DNA from: Escherichia coli
GTDB lineage: Bacteria > Pseudomonadota > Gammaproteobacteria > Enterobacterales > Enterobacteriaceae
Assembly (NCBI RefSeq): GCF_024298765.1
Contig: NZ_CP101210.1
Length of the DNA stretch: 64,000 nt
Reading direction: 5' to 3' (one strand)
This document shows positions 7,003 to 16,285 of this stretch, in pieces (the first letter of the stretch is position 1; every line of letters starts with the position of its first letter). A program made the position numbers and the translations under genes. The notes under the pieces were generated by a model. That model did no database searches, was not told where the DNA came from, and saw nothing but the letters and a program-made list of their open reading frames with translations.

Positions 7003-8397
7003 TCAAAAAAAGTATTTGAAACGTAATCGGGCACCGTAACGATCATCGGTAATGTCACAATTACTATATCTACAGTTACTATCCAGAATTGAGTAATAAG
7101 CCCCGAGGTAAATATTAAAGTTCTCCATATCCATCACATTAGCAAACTGATAAGATGCATGAATGGTGTGAATGTTGTATATTCCTTCACCATCAATCCA
7201 GCAACCATTATTACACACGACACCACTAAATTCATCAATCTTATTATGTGCGTAGATATAACCCAGTTCGAAACGTTTCCACAGAGCATTAATACTGGCA
7301 GTGAAATCTTTCTCATTACTGGCATCCAAATAGGCGGTATTAAGAGTAACCACGATGCCATTTTCCGGATCTGTTTTCAGACCGTTCCATGTCATGCTAA
7401 TACCATAACCGGAACGATTGGACTGATCGACAAAATTCCCCTTATTATCGGTATAGCCATAAGCATTTTTTACCACGTTCGCTTCCATCGCTGCGGAGAC
7501 TGTGAATTCTTCCGTTGGCGACCAGGCAATTACCGGGCGCAGATAAGCGACATTTTTCTGCTGCTCCATATATCGTCCATGATAATTACCGTTATTATAT
7601 AAAGATGTTCCGTCTTCAAGTAACGTGTTTAACTCAAAATACCAGTTATCGAGTTGTTTACTGATGAGGAAATTACCACCAGCGTCAGAACGACCGCGTC
7701 CCTCTTTCATCATATAGATATAACCACGGCCATCAGCATAAATATCATTAGCTGTATTACCGGAATACTCAATGAAAGTATCCTGATTTAGAGGGAACAT
7801 ATCGTAAGCTTCAAAACGACCGACTTTCACTTTCCACTCGTCATCTTTTCCAAAAAAGAATAATGCATCATCAATATTCACTGAACCGTGCATATCCGCC
7901 AGTGGTTGTGCTGAAAATCCAGCGAAATAACCATTATCAAGCTTACGGGTACCGTCAAAACCTAATAGAATACGGCCATTAAGGTCCCACCGTTCATTCA
8001 CTGACTCACTGTTCGCCCCGGAACTTATCATTACTAACTGACCGGGTTTACTGGCAGCATCTATATTAAACTCCACATCACCATAAAACTTCAAATCATT
8101 GTAACCAGAGAGCAGAAAACCTGGAGAAGATGTTTTTTCTTTTGTTGACTCAACTACTGCATAGCTGTTAGCATCTTTTTTATTCTGCTCTGAACTAATT
8201 TGACGTATTTCAGAATGTTGTTCTATATCAAAACTCTTTAACATTCTTTCTGCTTTTTCCGCCCTTTTTTCTGCAGCTTCCAGGCGTTCTTCCAGCAATG
8301 CCATTCTTTGTTCAAGCGTTAGCCCCCCTGTTTTTGCTGCACACGCATTGTATTCCAGTAATAAAAAAAGAGATAAACCCAAAAGTAACTTATTCAT
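7003..8397 (-). CDS. rafY: Outer-membrane glycoporin, RafY-like (raffinose porin)
   Basis: 464-aa ORF with signal peptide, coiled-coil N-terminal extension, C-terminal ...RFKYFF; sits downstream of rafD as in the plasmid raf operon; AT-rich relative to rafABD. Confidence 0.6.
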   Translation of the reverse strand: MNKLLLGLSLFLLLEYNACAAKTGGLTLEQRMALLEERLEAAEKRAEKAERMLKSFDIEQHSEIRQISSEQNKKDANSYAVVESTKEKTSSPGFLLSGYNDLKFYGDVEFNIDAASKPGQLVMISSGANSESVNERWDLNGRILLGFDGTRKLDNGYFAGFSAQPLADMHGSVNIDDALFFFGKDDEWKVKVGRFEAYDMFPLNQDTFIEYSGNTANDIYADGRGYIYMMKEGRGRSDAGGNFLISKQLDNWYFELNTLLEDGTSLYNNGNYHGRYMEQQKNVAYLRPVIAWSPTEEFTVSAAMEANVVKNAYGYTDNKGNFVDQSNRSGYGISMTWNGLKTDPENGIVVTLNTAYLDASNEKDFTASINALWKRFELGYIYAHNKIDEFSGVVCNNGCWIDGEGIYNIHTIHASYQFANVMDMENFNIYLGAYYSILDSNCRYSNCDITDDRYGARLRFKYFF

Positions 8398-8591
8398 TTT
8401 ACCCCCTTAAATAAAAACAAATGTGGGTACTCTTATATTCTCTGTATCAACACAAAATACCATTCATATTCTTCACCAGACTGGTATATATAATCGCAAC
8501 ACATTACCAAAAGCACACAGCAAAGATAATTAATGTGTACTGGCAAAGTAATGACAGATAATGTCAGAAAAAATACTGATATCGATATGTC

Positions 8592-10022
8592 TCAGGTCAG
8601 CATCCATAAAGTGCCATCAGTTAATATCGCATCGCCATGAGCGGCATATAACGATAATTGTCTCGAGTCCGCTTGCGGATAAATACGACTTGATAAGGTT
8701 GCCTCACCATCGTTAACAAACACTTCAACAGATGAACGATCCAAGAAAATACGAAGAGTCAGATATTCTGTATCAGGAAGTTCAACACTGCGGTAACCAT
8801 CCAACCCTTCCTCAGGGTAATAGCGCCACAGTACCAGTCGCCCGGCCTGATTATCCACATAAAGTCGCAGACCGTCTCCAAGGCGGACGCCATAGTGCTC
8901 CGCATGACTGTCAACCGTATGCCACGTCACCAATAATTCTGCGGCCTGTACATTTTCGGTCAGTAATTGCAAACCCTGTAACCTTACAGGGGATAATGGC
9001 TGGCATTTTTTGCGCAGAGATTCGACTTCACGCACAGGTCGCTGGCACAGCCGGCCATCGCGCTCAAAAACCTCTCTGGGCAGCGTCAGACATCCTGCCC
9101 AGGCTTCACTGCGGGTGGGCACGGGTGAATCCCACATATTCATCCATGCCATAATGATACGCCTGCCGTCCTCAGCCAGCATGGACTGTGGAGCATAAAA
9201 GTCATGACCATAATCCAGCTCTTCAAATCCCCCTTTCAGCGCAAAGACAGAACCAGGCTTCCAGCTCCCTGCCAACACACCGCTCTGAAAAAGGTTACGG
9301 AACCGATAACCGGAAGGGGGCATCCCCTGTGGTGAGAACATCAGCCAGTGAAAATTACCACACCTGAAGAAATCGGGGCATTCCCACATATAACTTTTTC
9401 CGGCTGCGGAATGAGCAAGAACATGCTCCAGATGCCAGTCCCGCAAAGATGTCCCGCGATACAACAGAACTTGCCCATTGTCAGAAGCGTCCCGGGCACC
9501 AATGACCATCCACCAGGAGCCGTCTTCGTGCCAGACTTTGGGATCACGGAAATGCATTATACCTTCCGGAGGTGTCAGCACACAGCCCTGCTTCTCAAAG
9601 TGAATACCATCATGACTTGTAGCCAGACACTGTACTTCACGGATAATGCTGTCATTACCACGATCATCGAGACAAATATGACCAGTATAAATAAGTGATA
9701 GCACGCCATCATCATCCACGGCACTCCCTGAAAAACAGCCATCACGATCATATTTATCTCCGGGTGCCAGCGCGATAGGTTCGTGTTGCCAGTGCAACAT
9801 GTCGGTACTGGTGGCATGCCCCCAGTGCATTGGCCCCTGATATGCGCTTGCAGGATGATGCTGGAAGAACGCATGGTAACGCCCATTGAAGTAAATAAGG
9901 CCATTTGGATCATTCATCCAGCCGGCAGGTGGAGCCAGATGAAAAATCGGGTACCAGGCATTACCACGACGTGCGCAAAGTTTTTCAAGGGCAGACTGTG
10001 CCAAAGCAAGACGCTGTTTCAT
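8592..10022 (-). CDS. rafD: Raffinose invertase / sucrose hydrolase (GH32 beta-fructofuranosidase)
   Basis: 476-aa ORF with GH32 motifs WMNDPNGL, FRDP and ECP; start overlaps the rafB stop (TGATG). Confidence 0.85.
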   Translation of the reverse strand: MKQRLALAQSALEKLCARRGNAWYPIFHLAPPAGWMNDPNGLIYFNGRYHAFFQHHPASAYQGPMHWGHATSTDMLHWQHEPIALAPGDKYDRDGCFSGSAVDDDGVLSLIYTGHICLDDRGNDSIIREVQCLATSHDGIHFEKQGCVLTPPEGIMHFRDPKVWHEDGSWWMVIGARDASDNGQVLLYRGTSLRDWHLEHVLAHSAAGKSYMWECPDFFRCGNFHWLMFSPQGMPPSGYRFRNLFQSGVLAGSWKPGSVFALKGGFEELDYGHDFYAPQSMLAEDGRRIIMAWMNMWDSPVPTRSEAWAGCLTLPREVFERDGRLCQRPVREVESLRKKCQPLSPVRLQGLQLLTENVQAAELLVTWHTVDSHAEHYGVRLGDGLRLYVDNQAGRLVLWRYYPEEGLDGYRSVELPDTEYLTLRIFLDRSSVEVFVNDGEATLSSRIYPQADSRQLSLYAAHGDAILTDGTLWMLT

Positions 10023-11299
10023 CAGTTAATCTCCGAATGCGCTGCAGGGGCTTTTTCTACAGAAGGGTGTACGCTCCCGCGGGAAGAACTCAGCGTGAAA
10101 ACTGATATCACGGTAACAGTCAGAGCAATCATCCCGAGCACAAAATACGTATTCTGGAATCCCATACGATCATACAGGTGGCCGGCAAAGGTAGAGAGAA
10201 GTATTGCAGCAAGTTGTTTGGAAAACTGAAAACCTATTAAATAAACGGTCGCTGACAGTCGGGTGTCAAACACTGCCGTAATATATTTGAACGCCCCAAC
10301 CAGCAAAAATGGAACTTCAAGAGCGTGAAGCATTTTCAGAATCACCACTTCTGTCGCGGTGGTGGCAAAAGCAGAACCGGTAATGCGGATGGTCATAATT
10401 CCCCCCGCAACAAGCAGGGTATTTTTGGCACCAATGCGATGAATTATCCATGGTGTACAGAACATGATAATGGCATTACAAATCTCCCCCGCAGTGGTAG
10501 CAAATCCGAATGCTTTTATTCCTGCCTGAGGAGTGTCAAAGAATGAACGAAAAAATGTGGCAAACTGCTGATCAAATACATCATAGACACAGGCCACACC
10601 AATCGTGTAGAGAACAAACATCCACATCTGACGCATGCGAAACAGGCTGAAGACCATTCTGGTCGAAATCAGGGAAGAATTGGCACCCAGTGTATTCATA
10701 ACCATTGCCGTCTGGCTGGTACTGGGGCGCGCCAGAAACAACAGAAGAAGCAACAATAATGCGCTTCCTGACCCCATCCAGAAAACCAGAGAAGGATCGA
10801 CATTAAAAAGCATTCCAGCCATAGCCGCACATAACGCCCAGCCCAGACACCCGAACATCCTCGCTTTACCGTATTCAAATCCACGACTGCGACTGACCCG
10901 CTCTATATAAGCTTCAATAGCTCCGGCACCTGCAGAAAACACAAAACCAATAAAGACACCGCCAGTCAGTGCGCCTGCCCAGATATTGAAGCGCAGCAGG
11001 GGCGCAAATACATATAAAAAAAAGGGGGCGAAAAATACAAGTAACAGGCTGATACTCCAGATCAGGTTTTTTTTCAGTCCCAGGCGATCTGATATGACCC
11101 CAAGCAATGGCTGGAAACTGATGGCAAACAGAGAAAGACATGAAAAGACTATACCTGTATCCGTTTTACTCAGTCCGACCACATCGGACAGCCATACAGG
11201 CAAAAACGGAAAACAGGTTGCCATGATGAAAAAGTAGAGAAAGAAGAACAGACCGAAAATCCAGAAATCGGGATTTTTATGCGTACTTGCAGAATTCAT
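10022..11299 (-). CDS. rafB: Raffinose permease (LacY-family oligosaccharide:H+ symporter)
   Basis: Strong resemblance to LacY along the whole length (NPDFWIFGLFFFLYFFIM…, MFGCLGWALCA…); start set at MNSASTHKNPDFW (425 aa). Confidence 0.85.
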   Translation of the reverse strand: MNSASTHKNPDFWIFGLFFFLYFFIMATCFPFLPVWLSDVVGLSKTDTGIVFSCLSLFAISFQPLLGVISDRLGLKKNLIWSISLLLVFFAPFFLYVFAPLLRFNIWAGALTGGVFIGFVFSAGAGAIEAYIERVSRSRGFEYGKARMFGCLGWALCAAMAGMLFNVDPSLVFWMGSGSALLLLLLLFLARPSTSQTAMVMNTLGANSSLISTRMVFSLFRMRQMWMFVLYTIGVACVYDVFDQQFATFFRSFFDTPQAGIKAFGFATTAGEICNAIIMFCTPWIIHRIGAKNTLLVAGGIMTIRITGSAFATTATEVVILKMLHALEVPFLLVGAFKYITAVFDTRLSATVYLIGFQFSKQLAAILLSTFAGHLYDRMGFQNTYFVLGMIALTVTVISVFTLSSSRGSVHPSVEKAPAAHSEIN

Positions 11300-11361
11300 T
11301 ATTCTTACCCTCACGGGATAATATTGAGAAACAGGACGGAGCTGAGGCTCCGTACCTCTCT

Positions 11362-13488
11362 TCACACAGCTCTTTCAAGTGCTATCAAAATCGCACTCTC
11401 CGGATCCAGTACGGGGAGCTGAATCCCTCCCTGTGCCAGCCATTCACCACTGGCCTCAAGGCTCTGATTCATCCAGACAGGTAATTTGCGCATGGTATGA
11501 CCGCCTTCACCAACCACCTGGAGGTCCGGGTGATCAATAACCCGAAGCCGGTAACGCACTTCCGCCGCCAGACCGGGAAAACGAAGTATGCCTGGTAAGG
11601 TGTAATCCGGCATTGCAAGCTGGCTGATCATAAAAAGTGCCTGAGACTGATCAGGGCTGACGACTCCCTGAACCTGTATCGAAGGATCTGGCATATCCAC
11701 ACGCCAGAGAACTCCTGTATGAATCAGTTGTCGCCATTCTTTATAGAGCAAGGCATACCGGCGATAACCGTCAGATTCCTTCGCATCTGCGGCCACCGGA
11801 TCCAGCTCCAGCCCCATATGGCCGAACAATGCCGTCAGCCCACGAAAAGCGATGCTGTGCTGCCGGAAAGTTGCATGGCAGCGGCGATGGCCAATATGCG
11901 CCCCCATCACCTCAGGAGGGAAAAAGTAACTCATGCCACGTTGTATGGTGCAGCGCTCCAGGGCATCATTATTGTCAGATGCCCAGAACCGGTGTGTGCG
12001 TTTCAGGACTTCGAAGTCAATACGCCCCCCACCGGAAGCACAGGACTCAAACTCAACATGTGGAAAACGTTCACGGAGGAGATCAAGCAATCGATAGAAC
12101 TGACGGGTCTGTGCATCTGCTGCCGCACGGCCTTCATGCCCTGCCTGTACAAGCTCACGATTCATGTCCCATTTCACATAATCAACCGGATGTTCTCCCA
12201 GTAACCATAAGAAACGTTCATAAATGTAAGCAAAGGCCTCTGGAATATTCAGGTTAAGAACATACTGATATCTTCCGGTTGGCTGGGAATATCCAGGCAT
12301 TGACAATACCCAGTCAGGATGAAGACGAAACAGGTCAGAATCCGGGTTAATCATTTCCGGCTCAACCCATATGCCAAATTCCATACCGAGAGATTTCACA
12401 TGTTTAATAACCGGCATCAGCCCGTTCGGGTATTTCTGTTCATCGGTATACCAGTCGCCCAGAGCCGCGCGGTCATCGTTACGTCCTTTAAACCAGCCAT
12501 CATCAATAATGAAACGTTCAACGCCCAGTGCTGCTGCACGCTCAGCCATCTGCATGATGTAATCAGGATTGTGATTGAAATAAATACCTTCCCAGGTATT
12601 GAGATGTACAGGGCGGGGTTTTTGCTCAGGGAAACGGATAATTTCATCACGCAAAAAACGATGGTATTGCTGACTCATTCCATTCAGGCCATCCGCAGAG
12701 TGGCAGGCATATAGCCACGGGGTGTACAGGGTTTCATTCTTCCTGAGAGCCTTCTCACCCGGCATCCACAGAGCCTCAGCCTGAACGTAACGCCTGCCGT
12801 CAGTTTTTGCCTCACATCTCATGCGGTGATTTCCACTCCACCCCAGATGCACAGCCCACACCTCTCCCTGTTGTTCCGAGAAGCCTGGCGTGCCGACAAT
12901 CAGCGCCGGAAAATGCTCATGAGATGTCCGCCCTCTGCGATTTTCCAGAACAAAAGCATCATGAGTGAGACGTACCCTGTGCGGCTGAAATTCACGAGTC
13001 CAGCGTCCGTGAAAAGCCATGACTTCTTCCGCACGTTCCGCTAAAGGTAAAGTGATGGCGAAACGATTTATCTGCCAGTCCCCCTCTCTGAGGTTGGTCA
13101 GTGCATGACGAACTTTCAGAATTCCTGATGGCGTCATCACCAGCTCGCTGACCAGACGCAGGCCGGCTACCGAATCTTCACTGGTAAGTCTCAGAGTGTT
13201 TTCGGTATGTTCCACGTCAACTGTATAAAAAACAGGAGATGCATCCAGCCCATTCCTGTGTCCTTCCAGTCCCGGAGAGCTAAAAAGTCCCAGGGCATTT
13301 TCAGCCATCAGTGTTAGTGGCGTATCAATATCCAGACGACCATTCGCAACCGGTCTTTCCAGGCTGGCACAGTCATCCGGTGAGAAATGTTTCAGTGCAG
13401 AGCCCCACCAGATAATTTCTGCATGTGGACGGGTTTTAATAATTAAATCAGAGCGAGGACTGCTCAGTCTGCAGTACTTTGAAACCAT
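11362..13488 (-). CDS. rafA: Alpha-galactosidase (GH36)
   Basis: 708-aa ORF; GH36-like; position between rafR and rafB. Confidence 0.85.
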   Translation of the reverse strand: MVSKYCRLSSPRSDLIIKTRPHAEIIWWGSALKHFSPDDCASLERPVANGRLDIDTPLTLMAENALGLFSSPGLEGHRNGLDASPVFYTVDVEHTENTLRLTSEDSVAGLRLVSELVMTPSGILKVRHALTNLREGDWQINRFAITLPLAERAEEVMAFHGRWTREFQPHRVRLTHDAFVLENRRGRTSHEHFPALIVGTPGFSEQQGEVWAVHLGWSGNHRMRCEAKTDGRRYVQAEALWMPGEKALRKNETLYTPWLYACHSADGLNGMSQQYHRFLRDEIIRFPEQKPRPVHLNTWEGIYFNHNPDYIMQMAERAAALGVERFIIDDGWFKGRNDDRAALGDWYTDEQKYPNGLMPVIKHVKSLGMEFGIWVEPEMINPDSDLFRLHPDWVLSMPGYSQPTGRYQYVLNLNIPEAFAYIYERFLWLLGEHPVDYVKWDMNRELVQAGHEGRAAADAQTRQFYRLLDLLRERFPHVEFESCASGGGRIDFEVLKRTHRFWASDNNDALERCTIQRGMSYFFPPEVMGAHIGHRRCHATFRQHSIAFRGLTALFGHMGLELDPVAADAKESDGYRRYALLYKEWRQLIHTGVLWRVDMPDPSIQVQGVVSPDQSQALFMISQLAMPDYTLPGILRFPGLAAEVRYRLRVIDHPDLQVVGEGGHTMRKLPVWMNQSLEASGEWLAQGGIQLPVLDPESAILIALERAV

Positions 13489-13526
13489 AAGACATTCTCC
13501 TTTCTCAGGGATGCCTTACTGTTGAT

Positions 13527-13561
13527 CCGAAACGTTTCGGGTATCAACCAAAACGTTTCGG
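13527..13561 (-). promoter_or_regulatory. Two palindromic operator-like sites (CCGAAACGTTTCGG at 13527..13540 and CCAAAACGTTTCGG at 13548..13561) in the rafA promoter region; candidate RafR operators
   Basis: Perfect and near-perfect 14-bp palindromes 21 bp apart centre to centre, 40–73 bp upstream of the rafA start, adjacent to the LacI-family repressor gene. Confidence 0.55.
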
Positions 13562-13583
13562 ATATGTGAGCTGGATAAAAAAA

Positions 13584-14594
13584 TCAGGAGCAAGGAGGAT
13601 GAATCGTCTTTCCCGGATAAAATACCGGGTTCCAGACAACCTGTAGTGGTTTTGATGATGAATCAGTAATTATCTGATATATCATCTCGGAAATCTGGCG
13701 ACCAACGAGGCTTCGTGTTGACTGAATAACTGCAGCCACATCCAGCTCAATAATACTGTCCTGTGGCAAACCATCATATACAACCAGAGATACCGCATCT
13801 TTTCCTGAAAGACGACCGCTCAACTGCAGTGCCATGGCAGCACCATCTCCACTCAGGTCATTGTCAGTAATAATAGCTGTTGGTGGTATCGGTAGTGACA
13901 TTAACTCCATCACGGCCTGATATCCTGCTCGCCGTGTGGGAGAAACCAGCCGCAGCCATGTATCTTCCAGTTCATGCTCATTCAGTGCATCAAGCCATCC
14001 CTGACGTCTTGCAACAACATAGCTATGTGAAGTGTCTTCACTCAACAATGCAATACGTTTATGTCCCAAAGCAATCAGTTTCTGGGTTGCCTGTCCAGTC
14101 CCGGCATGATTATCAAAGTCAAACCACGCACAGGGCAGACCAGATGGTACCCGACCAAGAGCCAGAAATGGAATACCTGCTTTATGAAGGTGTGTGATAC
14201 GGGGATCGTCATCCAGAGTGTGTGCAATGATGAGAGCATCAACCCTGCGACTTTCAACAAGCCGCATATAGCTGTGGCAATCGGCATGCTCATCATCAGC
14301 TATCAGTAGTAAGTCAATATCATGGTGAGCAAGTTCCCGGCTGATGCAACTGACCATATCCATAAAAACACCACTGTTAAATGGCACATCACGTCCAGGA
14401 TAAACCAGACCGACAGCATCGGTTTTACCGGTTTTGAGTCTTCTTGCCTGAGTATTAGGACGGTAACCGCGTCGACGAGCTTCAGCTTCCACCCGTGCAC
14501 GGGTGGAAGCTGACACATCTGCATAGCCTCCAAGAGCCCGACTGACAGTGGTGACAGAAACTCCGAGTGCAGTGGCAATCGCCTTAAGTGACAT
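13584..14594 (-). CDS. rafR: LacI-family transcriptional repressor of the raf operon
   Basis: 336-aa ORF; N-terminal HTH (LKAIATALGVSVTTVSRAL); periplasmic-binding-protein-like sugar-binding core. Confidence 0.8.
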   Translation of the reverse strand: MSLKAIATALGVSVTTVSRALGGYADVSASTRARVEAEARRRGYRPNTQARRLKTGKTDAVGLVYPGRDVPFNSGVFMDMVSCISRELAHHDIDLLLIADDEHADCHSYMRLVESRRVDALIIAHTLDDDPRITHLHKAGIPFLALGRVPSGLPCAWFDFDNHAGTGQATQKLIALGHKRIALLSEDTSHSYVVARRQGWLDALNEHELEDTWLRLVSPTRRAGYQAVMELMSLPIPPTAIITDNDLSGDGAAMALQLSGRLSGKDAVSLVVYDGLPQDSIIELDVAAVIQSTRSLVGRQISEMIYQIITDSSSKPLQVVWNPVFYPGKTIHPPCS

Positions 14595-14617
14595 ATTATC
14601 TCCTGCTAATTATTATA

Positions 14618-14660
14618 GTAGACCGTCCCCCTAAATCTCCAGACAACCAATATCACTTAT
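14618..14660 (+). mobile_element. IS2 left-end remnant (~42 bp, about 38/42 identical to the IS2 left IR as recalled), 24 bp upstream of the rafR start
   Basis: TAGACCGTCCCCCTAAATCTCCAGACAACCAATATCACTTAT versus recalled TAGACTGGCCCCCTGAATCTCCAGACAACCAATATCACTTAA. Confidence 0.5.
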
Positions 14661-14676
14661 TGTAAGTTAACGGAAT

Positions 14677-14701
14677 CCCTCTGATCTGTAAGATCAGAGG
14701 G
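14677..14701. other. Perfect hairpin/palindrome CCCTCTGATC-TGTAA-GATCAGAGGG downstream of the integrase stop
   Basis: 10-bp perfect stem, 5-nt loop; no flanking U-tract on either strand. Confidence 0.5.
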
Positions 14702-14743
14702 AAAGGTTATTGATTGTGAGAATAATTTCAGGACAAAGTGTAA

Positions 14744-15928
14744 TTAACTCTCCTGGATGGAAAGTGAATCAATGTAGTCAGCGTACCATTGCATCATTTC
14801 ACGGCGACCATCGAGATACAGGGCATGATTATAGGTACCCCTGATGGAATTTTTATCCACATGAGCTAACTGCATTTCAATCCAGGCAGAATTAAAGCCC
14901 TGTTCGTGCAGAATGGTACTCATGGTGTGACGAAAACCATGACCGGTTGCCCTGCCATCGTAACCGATACGTTTGAGCACCATATTGATGCTGGCTTCGC
15001 TCATTGGCTTGTTGATATCACAACGTCCCGGGAAAACCAGCCGGTATTGTCCGGAGAAAGTTTTGAGCTGCAGCAGAATGTCAGTGGCCTGTCGTGACAG
15101 TGGTACGACATGTTTACGTCGCATTTTCATGCGGCTTTCAGGGATTGTCCACAGGGCATTATCAAAATCAATTTCTGACCATTCAGCGGACCGTAGTTCA
15201 ATCGTTCTGAGGCCTGTCAGAAGCAGCAGATTTGTCGCCATGCGGGTAACAGGACTGCCATGATATTCAGCGAGCTTCCGGAGAAAAACAGGGAGCTCAT
15301 CTGCTCTCAGGTGGGGGAAATGTGCAGCTTTTGGCGCCGCCAGCGTACTGGTCAGTTCAGATGCCGGATTGACAGTGGCTCGTCCGGTGGCGATGGCATA
15401 ACGAAAAATCTGATTACAGTATTGACGCACCTTACGAAGTTTTTCCAGCGAGCCACGTTTTTCTATGCGGCGCAGAATTTCCAGCATTTCCAGCGGGAGG
15501 ATATCAGTAACGCTTCGTTTGCCCAGATACGGGAAAATATCTTTATCCAGAGCCTCCAGTACGCTTCTGGCGTAACTTTCAGACCATGACAAAGATTTAT
15601 GCTGATGCCATTCCGTAGCAAGGGCATGGAACGTATTGGTGGCAGAGATTTTCTGAGTGAGTTTTTCCTTTCGCTTCTTTTCGCCCGGGTCGCCACCTTC
15701 GGAGATAATTTTTCGGGCATCGTCGCGTTTGATTCTGGCTTCAGCAAGGGAGACGTCGGGATAGACGCCGAGGGCCAGTTTTTTCTCTTTTCCTGCTATC
15801 CGGTATTTAAGCCGCCAGTAGCGGGCACCCGTGGTTTTTACCAGCAGATATAAACCACGTTCGTCAGAGAGTTTATAGTCTTTTTCTTTAGGTCTGGCTG
15901 TTTCGACCTGTCTGGCTGTAAGTGCCAT
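14744..15928 (-). CDS. int: Tyrosine recombinase, P4-type phage/island integrase
   Basis: N-terminal MALTARQVETARPKEKDYKLSD…GLYLLV typical of P4-family integrases; C-terminal catalytic region; immediately adjacent to tRNA-Phe; ORF track start at 15958 probably too early. Confidence 0.85.
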   Translation of the reverse strand: MALTARQVETARPKEKDYKLSDERGLYLLVKTTGARYWRLKYRIAGKEKKLALGVYPDVSLAEARIKRDDARKIISEGGDPGEKKRKEKLTQKISATNTFHALATEWHQHKSLSWSESYARSVLEALDKDIFPYLGKRSVTDILPLEMLEILRRIEKRGSLEKLRKVRQYCNQIFRYAIATGRATVNPASELTSTLAAPKAAHFPHLRADELPVFLRKLAEYHGSPVTRMATNLLLLTGLRTIELRSAEWSEIDFDNALWTIPESRMKMRRKHVVPLSRQATDILLQLKTFSGQYRLVFPGRCDINKPMSEASINMVLKRIGYDGRATGHGFRHTMSTILHEQGFNSAWIEMQLAHVDKNSIRGTYNHALYLDGRREMMQWYADYIDSLSIQES

Positions 15929-16000
15929 ATGGGGGCTCCTGAAACTGACTGAACACAATGAGCCCCCACCGGTGCCCCCAATGAACGCTTGATTGAGAGA

Positions 16001-16085
16001 GAGTTCAGTAGAGTTCGGTGGAGTTCAGGATGTTCAGATTGCTTGTAACGATGTGATTATACTTGAGTTTCGTGGAGTTCGGGAG
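16001..16085. repeat. Cluster of GAGTTC(A/G)G direct repeats between integrase and tRNA (candidate arm-type recombinase binding sites)
   Basis: Three tandem 10-bp-spaced copies at 16001, 16011, 16021, plus variants at ~16032, 16065, 16075. Confidence 0.35.
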
Positions 16086-16104
16086 ATGAATCTGGAAGTG
16101 AAAG

Positions 16105-16180
16105 TGGTGCCCGGACTCGGAATCGAACCAAGGACACGGGGATTTTCAATCCCCTGCTCTACCGACTGAGCTATCCGGGC
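16105..16180 (-). tRNA. pheV: tRNA-Phe (anticodon GAA)
   Basis: Reverse complement reads GCCCGGATAGCTCAGTCGGTAGAGCAGGGGATTGAAAATCCCCGTGTCCTTGGTTCGATTCCGAGTCCGGGCACCA, 76 nt with CCA end; pheV assignment from flanking yqgA/speC. Confidence 0.95.
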
Positions 16181-16285
16181 AACGGGGCGCATTAAACCTG
16201 ATTCGCCTCGTCTCGTCAATCAAATTTCTTCAATTTACTGCAGACTGCACAATCTATCATCACTTTGCCGCTATTGCACGCATTG

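Noticed and set aside
6550-7039. Plus-strand ORFs of 90 and 77 aa in the IS1–rafY gap
   Set aside because: Pro/Ser/Thr-rich low-complexity translations with no RBS or family resemblance; the segment is more likely non-coding or a decayed remnant (the palindrome is reported separately).
16001-16085. Short direct repeats as a CRISPR array
   Set aside because: Repeat unit is only ~8 bp with no spacers of regular length and no cas genes; placement fits recombinase arm sites instead.
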